Assembly: GCA_965113315.1 (NCBI GenBank)
Contig: OZ220367.1
DNA length: 64,000 nucleotides
Strand: one strand, 5' to 3'
From: Podarcis vaucheri
Lineage: Eukaryota
A model generated the notes under the pieces. It was not told the origin of the DNA. It saw only the letters and a program-made list of their open reading frames with translations, and searched no databases. Shown one piece after another: positions 50,511 through 62,689 of this stretch. The number at the start of each line of letters is the position of its first letter. Positions within the stretch are counted from its first letter, which is position 1. The position numbers and the translations under genes are program-made.

Positions 50511-53500
50511 TATAATAAGTTATGGTAACCTATGGGGTAGCAGTGGTGGAAGTCTTATGCTGGTAACAGCTTATGTTAAGAAATACTGCAAGGGGAGCAG
50601 TAGATGGAAAGGAAAATTAGGGGTTTTTTTCCAGGTGCATCAAATGGGCTCACTACTTCCTCTCTCTCAATCACCCACCAGTAACACTTTTTGTTCTAGA
50701 TTTGGATGTATGAGGAAGGATACATGGCAGATGGAATTTGGATGGGGCAGATCCACTGCAGGATAGTTCATGTACCACTGTAGGTGTCACCTCTGTTACC
50801 CTGGCCCCAAGTGCAAGGATGGCTCCCTACAAACACGACAATAAAGAGCAGTACGTTAGCAGTGCCTCTTTTGTTTAGGAGGTGGCACGTTGGTCTTCTG
50901 TCACAGCTGCACTGAAATTCTGGATTTCTCCATTGATTTCTGTAAGTAGCTCTCACTTGTCCCCTGGGGAGAAAACAAGAAATGATTGAAACCAGGAACT
51001 GCTCTGTGTGCTAATTTTATAAATCTTGTGATCCAGACAGTTTGCAACGAGTCACCTGTCTCAATGGCCCTGGTAGGACATGTCCACTAACATTGCCTCT
51101 CTTGGCAAGATGAAAAAACAGAGGGAAAAGGTGCATTGGGCTTTGTTGAGAATGTAGTGAGAAAACTTCTTGGCACTGTGGCAGGACATGAGAAGCCAAT
51201 GGTTTAAATGTTATCCTTAATGAAAAATGAGATCCTGGTGAGCAAGAGGGCAGACTTTAGGTACACTTCATGCAAACATTCCTAAAAGACCTGGTGGCAG
51301 CCACATCCACAGCCTATGCTTCACGTTTCACACCGCACATAGTTGAGCAGGCCTGTGAATTTCTGAAAATCCATGTTGAGAAGTAACACAGGAATTTTGA
51401 AAGCAAGTTATCCTCTCTGAGGTTTTCATCCCTAATGAAGGTGCTAATTGCCCTTTTTATTTCCATTAGAACATGGCACCCTTCTTAGGCCTCACATTTA
51501 CCATTCTGACAGCTCCTGCTCCTTCATAATATGGTCAATAACCATAGTCCCTAACAGCAGTACTGTGTTTGGAGAAGTGAAACTCATTGTTTATTCACCT
51601 GGAATTTAGTTAGTGGCTGTACGTGCAGTCAGGGTCAGGGAGGTGGATAAAGTTCCTGCAAAGAATTTCAGACATTCCTTATATTGGATTAAACCTGTCA
51701 TGCAGCACTGCCTAGCTGTGACATTTCTTCTGGGTCACAGAACCTAAAGTGCTGCTTCTTTTCCCTGCAGCTGGTATTGGACTTTCCCCCCACCCATTGT
51801 AGTGGGTGTTCTTAAGACCTTGGTACAATAAGCAGCATGCAAACACGTCTTGGTCTTGCCTCAGAAGCACAAGGTGCAGAGGCTTCCTATTTTCTTTGCA
51901 TCTCTGTCACATCTGAAGCTGCTCTGTACAGTTTCTGGTATTGTGCGATCCAGTCGCCCTATTTGCTGTTCCTTCACGGAACACACGGCGGGGTGGGGGT
52001 GGTGTTGTATATAGTTAGTGATCTCTTGAGTCCTGTTATTTTGGAAGCAAATCAAGTGTGTTTCTGCACCATTTCAAATTACAGAGAAAACTTAATATGT
52101 AGGGTTTTATCAAATCTGGGAACCAGGAAATGGGAGAATATGTGAAACCCATCAAATTCCTTGCAGTATCCTGTCTGCCAGGAAGCCCTGAATTGATTAG
52201 AATCATGATCAAAGGGCTTGTTGTGAATGTCTTCCTCTACAAATTCCAGAGCCAGTATTGTCTATGCTCAGTCTGGATGTTTGAAGTTTGCCTCTAAGCA
52301 TGACACTGTAAAACGCAGCTGTCCTTGGGTCGGAAAACAGCAACAACAAACCAAATTAATATACAAAACACTGTCTCAAAACACAAAGACAGAATTGCAA
52401 GATGAGAAGGGTTTCTCTCACCCACCCTCCTGGCACAGGCCAGGGTATTTCCTCTTGTTAACACTAAGCCCATTCTATTATTATTATTATTTTAAAAAAC
52501 CTTGTCTTTGGCTACACGTGTCACCTCTAGGAAAGCTCCTGGTTTTGCTTTGCAACCTAGGAGTGGTGGTAAATGCATCCCTTCCCTGGGCAGCTTATTC
52601 CAGTGCTTAATCCAATTCATAACCATTGTTGTTCCCAAGTGGGATGTGTCATGCTTCACCTCCCAGCTGTCAGTTCTTGTTGTGCTTCCTTCGCTCTTTA
52701 GTGCTCAATTTCTTCTCCCTGGGAAGGTATCTGCCAATGCACTAATTCCATTGCACCCTTCTCTTTAAGACATTAAACAGATTTGAACCCTTATTGTCTG
52801 TGACTCTCAGACTCTCTCATCTAATTTCTAGATGGAGCAGTGATGGCGGGGGGGGGGAGGGGGAGGGGGGATACATGGGTGAAGGTCTGAGGATCCTTCC
52901 CTGATATTCCATCCCACAGAGATTGAATTGGCCAGAGTATCTCATTTGCATGCAGGGGGCTAAATACATTTCAGCTTTCCAGTCACAGCGGGAGAGGAAG
53001 GAGGCAACTGCTGCTGCAGTAAATTGCATTTGAATTTACAAGTACCTGCCTGCTGGCCTGCAGTTTTGAATGTGTTTTGGGGGGAGACAGAGGGAGATTA
53101 CTTTTTTTAAAGGCCCATTCAGAACACTGTGATGCTTAAAATCCTTTGGGGGGGGTTCTTTCTACCTTTAAAGTGTTGCCATGTCACCTCCGGAGTCTGT
53201 GTTGTCAGTCCGATATAATGGGTGGCATTCTTAACATGCCCTCCAAGAGCCTGCCATCCCATGGCTGGCCAGAACAAAACAACTGGTGTTGATTCTATGC
53301 TATCCAGTGTGCTTTGTGCAATATTCTTAACCCACAGGTGTAGATTCCTGCTTTGAATCTAAATAAGTGTGTCAAAGGGGAGCGGCGTTGCAAGTGTGCT
53401 TGCCTTTGGCACAAGTGCAGGGTATTCCCCTGGGAAATGCGATCCATTTTCACCACCCGCTGGCTGTCGGCTGATCCTACCTGTCTCCTGGCTGTTGTCT

Positions 53501-54559
53501 GCATGCCTCCAGCAGGCACAGCAAGGCCAGCAGCTGTGGAAGCGTCACTCCCATGGGCTGGATCCAAGGCCACTTTGGTGCTAATTACTGCCCACAAGCA
53601 ACAGGGACGAATGGGGGCGAGGTGTTTGAAGGATGCACGCTGTGTTGGTGGTGCTGGTGACCAGCTTGGTGGGAGTGGCTGTGGTGCCATTTAAAATCTA
53701 GTGGGGCTTCTTGGCCCCACAGGAGTTTCTTCTGCTCCCAACCCTGGCAAGATGCAGCTGGAGTCTAGTGCACCACAGGACATCACAGACTGCCAGGTCA
53801 GGGATGGCTGGGATAGAGACAGATCTGAAAAGCGCTGGAGATGTGGCAGCAGATGTCAGAGCAGCTTTCAAGCTGGGCCCAGTACACCATAGGCCTGGGA
53901 GCCACCATGTTTATTCCCAGAAAACCTCTGTTTGCCGGGAAAGGCTTAGGCTTAGCACCAGGAGTTGATTGCAACTGGCTCAGGACTTATGTGACATGGA
54001 TAATTTAAAGCAAAAACACTCCTCAGGAAGCCTGCCTAGTGAATGTCACACCAACAACCTTTCATCTGTAGAACCTGCACTTGGCTGAAGGCTTAATGCC
54101 ATTTAACTTATAGCATGGTGGCGTGAGAGAGCGCAGCACTTAGCTATGTAGTCTCCAGAGGAAAATGAGGCTGACAGTAGACTCTAATAAGGAATCAGAA
54201 TTCTGTCTTCTAGGAGAAGCAGTTCTGAATGGAGCAAAGGAGATAACTAGAAGGCGATAAAGAGAGGTGGAAATGGAGGTGGGAGTGAGAGAGAAAGACG
54301 CAGTCACGTGCACACAGGCAATCACTTTGGCAGTCTGGAAATTTTTAGAGGCTGAACATCAGGAGTGCGGTTGTTGGTATCTCCTCGCTTGTTAGCAAGA
54401 AAACTGTGTCCAGGCACTGTAGTGGCTGTTTAGAAAGGCTGGTGTAAGAGGGCAAAAGTTTTGTGTTTTAAAACTTCCATGCCATCCCTATATATCTGTA
54501 AGGTTGCTTATCTCTTCTGAATTCAATGTTTCCACAGAGAATGGGCTGGGCATGATTTT

Positions 54560-55910
54560 ATTTATATACATCCTAGCTGCTATTTCTGGACAAGGTGGCA
54601 TACAAATCAAAGTTTGCAAAATATCAACAAAACAAAAAATTTGCAACCTTCAATCCTTGTTAAAAATCAATCAACATACTCAGACTGTCAGTTAAAACAC
54701 TTTTCACAGCACTAGCAACCCACAATCCAAGCCAGAAGGCATTGATCAATAACAGGCTAAGCAGGTGATATGTATTTAAAGACCTCCAGATAGCTTAATG
54801 AATGGCAGCTCTCTCTGGACCCTCTGGAAGGGCATTGCAAAGCTGTGGGGCCACTACAGAAAAGGTCCTCCCTCTCACGGCCACCAACCTCACTGATGTA
54901 GGAGGTAGGTGCATGATGAGAGCCGCCACTGCACATCTTGGTGTGTGGGCAGCATCATGATGGGTGCAGGTGGTCCCTCAAACAATTTAAGACTTAAAAG
55001 ATGAAAGCTAGCCATTTAAATTCAACTCAGAAATGTCACAGAAGCCAGTGTGGCTGGTATGGTAAATATATTACTGAAGCTGACATTCTTATCCCTATCA
55101 AAACTTAAGTTTCAAAGGGCAGTCCCACAAAGAGCATAATACACTTGTCCAGCCTGGATGTGAGCGGGCACAAAATGTTTTGGCTGAGTGATCGACTACA
55201 TGGAATTGGCAGATATGACTGGCAGAATCCGAGACCAGGGAGAAGAGATAGTGAAAGAAGACTGGAAGAAATTTAAAGACTATTTACAGAAATATTGTAA
55301 AATTAATGAATGCTAGAAGGATGTTGGATAGAAACTAAGGGGTTTCCAGCTGTAATGCTTTAGGAGATACGAAAAAAAAGGTTTACAAATGGGTAAAAGC
55401 TTAATGGTAAGGATTTGCTGAACTAACAAATTGAAGTGGAATACAAAGAAGGGAGGTACGAGGAGCTCTGGGGAAATAAGTGTAAGGAAGATATGTTATG
55501 GAAAAATATTTGTTTTTTTAACTTTTTATGTTGTATTTTGTATTTTGTTTTTTTTATTTTTCATTTTCATTGTTATATTTTAAAAAAAACTTTAATAAAT
55601 ATCTTTTTTTAAAAAAAACAAAAACAAAATGTTTTGGCTGAGTTAGACCTATCCAGATAAGGCTGCAGTTGGCATATCAGCCAAAGAATGCACCCCTATC
55701 TACCAGTACCACCTAAGCATACATAGGTCACACCAAGTCCAGGAGTGCTTCTGAACTGTGTACCTAGTCTTTCAGGGGAGCACCACCCCATTGAGAACCA
55801 GCTCCAAACCTCCTTCCAGAGCAGTCAGTCTTCCATCCTACAGGACCTCCGTATTTCTCTGATTCAGCCTCAGTTTGCTTGACCTCCTCCTTCCCAGTGT
55901 GACAAGCTAA
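54560..55910 (-). mobile_element. Degraded L2-clade LINE interrupted by an L1 insertion
   Basis: Minus strand peptides RSSKLRLNQRNTEVL and VLNGVVLPLKD*VHSSEALLDL resemble L2 ORF2; boundaries approximate. Confidence 0.6.
55190..55623 (+). mobile_element. 5'-truncated L1/Tx1-type LINE, related to 25775-26524
   Basis: VIDYMELADMTGRIRDQGEEIVKEDWKKFKDYLQKYCKINEC* (stop 55314-55316); AATAAA and A-tail; 20-bp TSD acaaaatgttttggctgagt (55170-55189, 55624-55643). Confidence 0.88.
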
Positions 55911-58841
55911 GGAACCTCTCTTGGATTGGAAGATGGAAAAGACTGATAGAGTTGAGTGTCACCAACATACAGCATGCAGCAGACACAATCCAGGCATGAC
56001 AAACTGGCAGATCCTTCCTCTGTGGGTGCAATATATATGTGCCTCATACCTCCTTATGGTATGGATGGAAGCGGGGAGTCTGGGGAGCAAATTCTGCACT
56101 GCAGGTTCATTATCTCCCCACTGGTGACTGGGCAATGAAGACAGGATTTTCCATGGCATGGCTAAAGGCTGGGCAAGATGGTCTGGAGCAGTAGGAAGCA
56201 ATTACCATCCCGCTGAGCCGAACCCTAATCCCCTCAAACAGCACGAGGGGCTGGCAAGCCAAACACGCCTCAATCAGGTTAAAGTGTGAAGTTGGGATTA
56301 GCCAAGAGAATGAGAGCCTCATAATACCATTGCACCCCCTGCTTGCACCAGGCTCAGCCTGGCCCATAGGGCAGGAGATTAAGTGCTTGGCTTGTCTGCC
56401 TGAGTGGGCTCCCCACTGGGAAAGCTGTGTCCTATGGATGTCAGACAGTTTGGCTTTAGTTACTTGCTGAGTGCTGGCCAGGATCTCGCACTGGGAGGCC
56501 TCGCTTGCTCCCATAATCGAGACACCAATCCCAGCGAGGGATCCCTCCAAGTGGCTCATGTCCAAGGCACACAGGGGAGGAGGGATGGCTGAGGCAAAGA
56601 CAAAAGAGAGGGTGCAATGTTAAGGGTGCAGACTAGCCGGGAAAACTCTCTCGGTGTAATGATTTGTTTAGTGATGGGATGCGACCACAGCTGAAACTGG
56701 AAATTGGGTCAGATTGCCCTGGAGAGGCTGGTGGTCATGCCTGTTTTAAAGGAGTCATTGGGTGAAAGAGATGAGCTAAGCTTTTCTAAACTAAATGCAG
56801 AGGTAATTAAAGGAAATCAGCATGTTTTCTGGACAAAGTGGTTTAAGTCTTTGCACATCACGTTGTATTAGGAAATATAAACAAAAGGGTGACTTGGGGG
56901 TCTGTTGGAATTATTTGCAGTAGAATGGAAGAGATGTCTTGAAACACCCTTGTCCAAACTGAGCATTCCCATCACATGTGGAACCCCCCACCCCCACCCC
57001 TGTTTATTGCCTATTTAACATTGAGCAGTAAAAAGTAACATAAGCACTTTAGTTTTATGAACCTCATATTCTATTTGTGTTGCTATTAAAGGGCATTTAC
57101 GGTAGTTCAAAGTCAGATGAAGAGCCTGGGAGATATTTGCCCTGCTCTGTAGTCCGACCAGAATTTGCATTGCTTGAAACATACTTTGTTGTATGCATAC
57201 TGGTTATGGGGTCCCCTAGTTTTCACTCACTAAGAGATGATCCTTCATAAGGCTGCTTTTCTTGGGGGTTTTGATTTATCTGACTCAGCATAAATGGATG
57301 GCAGGATGGTGCAAGTATTGGTCAAAATGTTCCTCTAAAGCTAGACAAAGCTGTTGCTACAAGCTGTCATTCATCAAGACTGGAGCAATTTGTGTCTGGG
57401 AAACTGGCAGCTTAATGTTCCTTGGAGTTACTGTGATACTGAATGAAAACAGGTCCATACATGTACAAGAGGGAGAGAACATGGTGATTTTCTCCATTAT
57501 TTCCACTAACCTCTAGGGCAGCTGCCTCCCTGAAGAGAGGAGTGTGAATATGAACTCTCCAAAGGCAGGGAGAGTGGAAGGTTACATTACTCCAAACTAT
57601 GCTCTGGCTCAACATCTGTGCAGCAGGTTGCTAGTCCTGTTGATTGGGGACAGACCAGACCATGGAGACGAAAAGAACCAAAAGTGAATAAAAATAGTGA
57701 TAGAATCAGGCACTGTGAAAAGCTGGTGGACTCCAACCAAGTCATTTGTGGTAACAATGTTATAGAAAGATTTGAAGTTCCTAATAATCTCTAATATTCC
57801 CAGATTTTTAATTCTGAGGATGAAGCGATTGGAAAACCTACTTTCAGAAGAACTATGGTTTTAAAAACTTTCAATACGACACAGAATGTTGAGTTGTCTA
57901 GAACTCTGAAAGTCCTCATTAGATGGGAATGTTATTTGTGCTTTGGCATTTTCGCAAGGGCCTGGTTGTTCTAACGGTTTTGTGATCATGCACTCTTTCA
58001 GAGGAGAAATGTTGGCTCCCTGTTCCCAAAGGTTCTTTCCTTAGATTTTCAAGTGCCTCTGGCCAAATGCGCCCAATGGATGTTTTATAGGATTGTGTGA
58101 ATGGGGTCCAGTTCATATACAATGCTAATTCATGATTTATTAGACAATGGTTTATTAAGCCATGGCTTAGTGTTATGTGTGAACCTAGTCCAGCTGCTTC
58201 ATTGATGGTTTAAGGTCACTTGTTAACCAAGATTTGTAGTTTAATCTTAGTTAAATTTACCTTAGTTAAAATTACCCACAGCTTAGTCCTGTATGTGAAC
58301 TTAGACCTCTGTCTTAAATATGGTTAAGGATCTATTGTGTCCCAAAAGCTACAGATCTGCTGTTGAAAAGTGGCAAAAAAATTGAAACTGCTGTTAAAAT
58401 TTAACTGCTGTTAAATTGCTCTTGCTGATGCTTTTAACCATTCTGTGGCATAATAAGCTAAGGCTTAAGTGAAAGCCTGACAGGCACCACAGCTTTAACT
58501 ATGGTTTGTTTTTGTTTTTTAACTATGGTTAATGTTAAACATCACATGTGAACGAGACCTATGAGACCCTAGAAACAATTCCCCTTAGGGAATATATGGG
58601 AATAAGGTTAGCAAACACTTCTCACTAGCTAGTTGTCAAAAATTGCCATTAAAGTCATGGTGGTCCCGGAAGAAATTGAGAAAAGTAATAGTGGAGGCTG
58701 GATTTTCTTTTCTTTTTTAAATTGCCTAGGTAAATAGATCTATATATCAGAGGCACACAGTGTGGTGGGGCAGTGATGCTCACCTCCCAACAGCTGAATT
58801 GTTGTTGCTGCTTACCAGGTGGTGTGGTCCAAACCCTAGAT

Positions 58842-59363
58842 CAGTGTTTCCCAACCGGTGTTCCGCGGCACACTAGTGTGCCGTGAGACACCGGCTGGTG
58901 TGCCGTGGGAGGGAGGCGGGCGAGGCGGGCGGCGAGAGGCGGCGGCGGCGAGGATCCGCGTCGAGCCGGGGGCGGCTCCGCGGTGGTGGTGCCGAGCGGC
59001 GGGGCAGCGCGCGCAAAAGGGAGGAGCGCGAGACAGCGGAGGAGGAGGAGGCCGGCATGTCCGGGCAGCAGCAGCAACAGCAGCAGCAGCAACAACTCCC
59101 GGCGACGGCTCCTCCTCCGCCCGCTATCGCCGCCACCACCACAACAGCCGCCGCCGCCTCAGCTGCCGCCGTCCCTCAGTCCCTCGCTCTGCTGCCTCCT
59201 CCCACCCCGCAAGGGGAAGGGGAAAAACGTTCACTTTTGTGCGTCCCTCCCGGCGTGACGCTGCGCGCTGACGTCACGGGGCGGGGCTTTAATGGTGGTG
59301 TGCCGCGAGATTTTTTTCCGGTAAACAGGTGTGCCGTTGCCCAAAAACGTTTGGGAAACACTG
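58842..59363. mobile_element. hAT/Charlie-type non-autonomous element with CpG-rich internal cargo
   Basis: Perfect 8-bp TSD ccctagat (58834-58841, 59364-59371); perfect 13-bp TIR cagtgtttcccaa; subterminal gtgtgccg repeats. Confidence 0.92.
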
Positions 59364-59844
59364 CCCTAGATTGGCTCCAAAGCAGTAGCACCAGGTTGGT
59401 TCTGCTGATGTGATTGCACCATGTCAGCCTCCTCACTGCCTCACCCCTCCCAGTTGGCAGCAGCAATTGAACTGTCGGAAGGCCCCACCATGGTCTCTGC
59501 TGCTGCTGATACATAGAGATTGGTGAGGGATCCCATCACATGAAAACCCTAGTGCTATTTTTAGCACCTCCTAATAGTAAATTGCCTCTTTATAGCATAC
59601 ACCATTCACATGTGGAATAAACCGAATGAATGAATAGATAAATAAATGTGTCAATCTTTGGAAGTGTTTTGGTCGCCCCCAACATTCACATATTACCAGG
59701 AAGTTGTCAAGCCTCTGATAACCCCACAGTGCCTGGGTTAGAGAGATGTTTCAGAGATGAATTGGAGAGGAATACGAAGATGAACATATTCTCAGCTCTA
59801 AGCCTTTTCATCTCATTCTCCTTAGAAAAGGAGTACAGTCATTA

Positions 59845-60249
59845 ATATTTTTTTTTTTAATGGATGTACCGTGCTATATTACAAGAAAAAAAACACACCT
59901 TGTTTTGATGAATTGGAAGAGCCACAAAAAGATTCCATTGAGCACATGGATTGATAATATGGACAGATTAGCTACATATGAACAAATTGTATGTTGACGC
60001 AAATTAAGAATGGATAAATATGAAGAAATCTGGAATGAATATTTAAGCGATAAGGTGGATAGTGGGGGGAAGTGGGGGCGGAGAGAGAGGTGGGAAAATA
60101 TTGTTAAAAGGGGGCAGTCATAGGTATATCAGCGTATTTAAATCTGAATTGTCAAATTGTGCTATTATTGTTATCATGGTTTTTGTTGTAGTGTTTTTTG
60201 CGGTTGTTGCTTGTATCAAAAAAATGATTAAATATTTTTTTAAAAAAAA
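59845..60249 (+). mobile_element. Older L1-type ORF2 3' remnant with A-rich tail
   Basis: HLVLMNWKSHKKIPLSTWIDNMDRLATYEQIVC*RKLRMDKYEEIWNEYL parallels the C-terminus of the L1 at 25775. Confidence 0.55.
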
Positions 60250-60477
60250 TACCTCGCATTGCGTTTGCTTCAGGTTGCGTTGCATTTGCTTTCAGGTTGC
60301 GTCCCGCGGCGACCCGGAAGTACTGGAAAGGGTTACTTCTGGGTTTCGCCACTCGCGCACGTGCATGTGCAGAAGCAGAAAATCGCGACCCACACACGTG
60401 CGGACGCAGGTTGCATTCTGCTCGGGTTGCGAACGGGGCTCCAGAACAGATCCTGTTCACAACCAGAGGTACCACTG
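60250..60477. mobile_element. Tc1/mariner MITE (cagtggtacctc family), left end disrupted
   Basis: Right end gaggtaccactg+TA; left starts at acctcg. Confidence 0.75.
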
Positions 60478-60830
60478 TAGTGGGATCTTGGGGGGTGGAC
60501 TAAAGGGAAAGAGGCTGAAGAAAGTTGCTTCCAAAACGCGTCCTCTGAGAGAAACATGTCCCTGTGGGCAAAAGGTGCACAGCCGCTGCCAGTAGTGACA
60601 TGAGGGTCCAATCTAAAGGAGTGTTGGACACTCACTATAAACAGTGGAGGCTTTTTAATGATGCCACGTAGCTGGAGAGGTTGGTTGTTAGCAGAAGTGT
60701 GGCGAAGAAACCAGGATGTCATGCACACTTCCTTTCCTCAATGCTATGTGCCAAGTCTGAGGAGCTGCTGTTCTGTCTCAAAGGTAACAGACTGAAGAGG
60801 TGACATCAGTCGGCAATGAAAGAGCTTCTG

Positions 60831-60845
60831 CTGCCCTCTCCTGGT
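60831..60845 (-). promoter_or_regulatory. Candidate CTCF site
   Basis: Minus strand ACCAGGAGAGGGCAG is a near match to the CTCF core CCASYAGRKGGCRS. Confidence 0.35.
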
Positions 60846-61722
60846 TAGGATTGAGCTGTACTGTGGCAATCCTACTTTCTTCCTGCTCTTAGATTGCAGT
60901 TCTTATTTTCAAAAAAGGTTTGCAGGGGTGGTGGAGCAGGCTGTATGTTTGTGTCCACAATAGCATGTGTGCACATGTGTGTGTGTTAGTCTCATGATAC
61001 AGAAACTTATCAGAAGGCACCTCACTGATAAGCATCAGCCATTATAGGCTTGCAGGAAACAATTTGGAAGTCGGGAAATGGCAGCAAGGCAATTATAAAC
61101 CATCACAGCTTGTGCTCTTTTAAGATAAGATAAGACCGTGGTGTGACTCACCTTGTTTCTTGCATGCAGATGCCAGAGACTGGAATATGCATCTTCATTG
61201 TCCATTAGGTCACCTCCTTTGCTATTTTTAAAATGGACTGTTCATGTTTGTTTTGCTATTTTTAAAATGGACTGACTGGGTTGCTTTTGTACCTTGCCAT
61301 AAATCAGGTGGACAGTGGATGTTTGAAAACGTGCATTCTTATTTTAATTGCTTAAGGTATTCAAACCACCATCAGCCATCTCATCTTGCTGTCATGACAG
61401 AAGTGGCATGAGATGAACCATTCATTATATGAACGGGGCACATAATACAATGCTGTTTGCTGTGCCAGTGTCCTGGGGGGTGTTTGGTGAAAAGAGCAGC
61501 ATTTCGGGCCACAAACAGCACCTCTTCAGTGCCAGAGCTCACTCTGGTGCATATAAAACAATAAGGATGGTCATGCATCTGAGCATGTGCAGAATATTTC
61601 TTCATTGCTGCTTAGTATTCCCCTGCTAGTCCTCATAACCCGATGCCTCACTACCTTGCCAACCCCCCATACTTCATTGTTTCTCCACTGACAGATGGCT
61701 CTCTTAAAATTATCATCTGCAG

Positions 61723-61794
61723 GGACTTGAGTGAGAACCTCCTTCTGGCTGTTCCCAGGAAGGCGTTTCGTGGAGCTACTGATCTCAAGAACCT
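61723..61794 (+). CDS. SLIT1: SLIT1 coding exon (equivalent to exon 5), LRR
   Basis: tcatctgcag / gtgagt; 72 nt; [23 protein letters not shown](L), continues the frame of exon 4. Confidence 0.93.
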
Positions 61795-62230
61795 GTGAGT
61801 GACCTGGCCCAGCAGGGCAGCGGATAGGGAAGCACAGCATGCCACATTGCCCTGGAGAGATTGGCATTATGTTTCATGCATGCACATACTGAGGTCATAG
61901 GGCTAGCAACTGTGTAGAGGAAGATCTCAAAAATTCCTTCTACAACAGCAAATACTAATAGGATAACAGCAGTGGGAACGTGTCCCACAGATATAATGAA
62001 GTGCCTGTTGTGCCCCAAATCGTATTTCCCACCCACCCATACCTATACTTCTCCACCTCTTGGCTACTTGCAGTTCTCCAGTGATTCTTATGCATACCAC
62101 AAAGTCCTCCAGCATTTCTTCTCCTTTCATTGAGTGCAGCAGATTGGTCTTTGTGTCGAGCATCCTAGGTATTGGTCTGCCAGCACAGCTATTGAGAACA
62201 GGTATATTAATCTCCTCTTTCATCACTCAG

Positions 62231-62302
62231 ACAACTGGACAAGAACCACATCAGCTGCATTGAGGAAGGGGCCTTCCGTGCTCTCCGTGGCCTGGAAGTT
62301 TT
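62231..62302 (+). CDS. SLIT1: SLIT1 coding exon (equivalent to exon 6), LRR
   Basis: ctttcatcactcag / gtaagt; 72 nt; [23 protein letters not shown](L). Confidence 0.95.
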
Positions 62303-62689
62303 GTAAGTGTCTCTGGGGGGGCTGTGTAGAAGGTTTGTCCCATCAGGCTGGATGGAGAGCCTGCCTAGAGAAGCATGACTGTGGTAGAATTCAGCTCAGT
62401 TGATGGGAGGGTGGTCTGGAAGCATCCTGGGGTTAGGGCTAACTCTTCACAAGAAACAGTGCCCATCCCTAAATTTGGGCAAAGAGTCTGTTTTTCTATA
62501 TAGCTTTATCACTGGTGTACGATTTGCAGGCTCAGGTGGCCATAGCCTTGTCCCCTTCAAGTCCCACTCCACTCCTGGCCACATCAGAAATGTTTTTAAC
62601 TTAGAGTGTATATCCTGAGATTCCCACCCATGCTGGTAACATACAGGGTCCAGGTAGCATTCCATCTCCCCAGAAGGATGGAGGTCTTT

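Larger units (their letters stand above)
4132..61722 (+). other. SLIT1: Large GT-AG intron of SLIT1 (intron 4 equivalent), 57,591 nt
   Basis: Starts gtaagt and ends ctgcag; the flanking exons join in frame (..ALSRL|DLSEN..) with no missing LRR. Confidence 0.9.

Noticed and set aside
58858-59413. Several long overlapping ORFs as a standalone gene
   Set aside because: A consequence of stop-poor, GC-rich MITE cargo; the 176-aa ORF starts in the element end and runs out through the TIR
4132-61722. Additional hidden LRR exon or miR-218 in the large intron
   Set aside because: The flanking exons join with no missing repeat; I saw no 72-nt LRR exon or miR-218 sequence, and miR-218 is hosted by SLIT2/SLIT3
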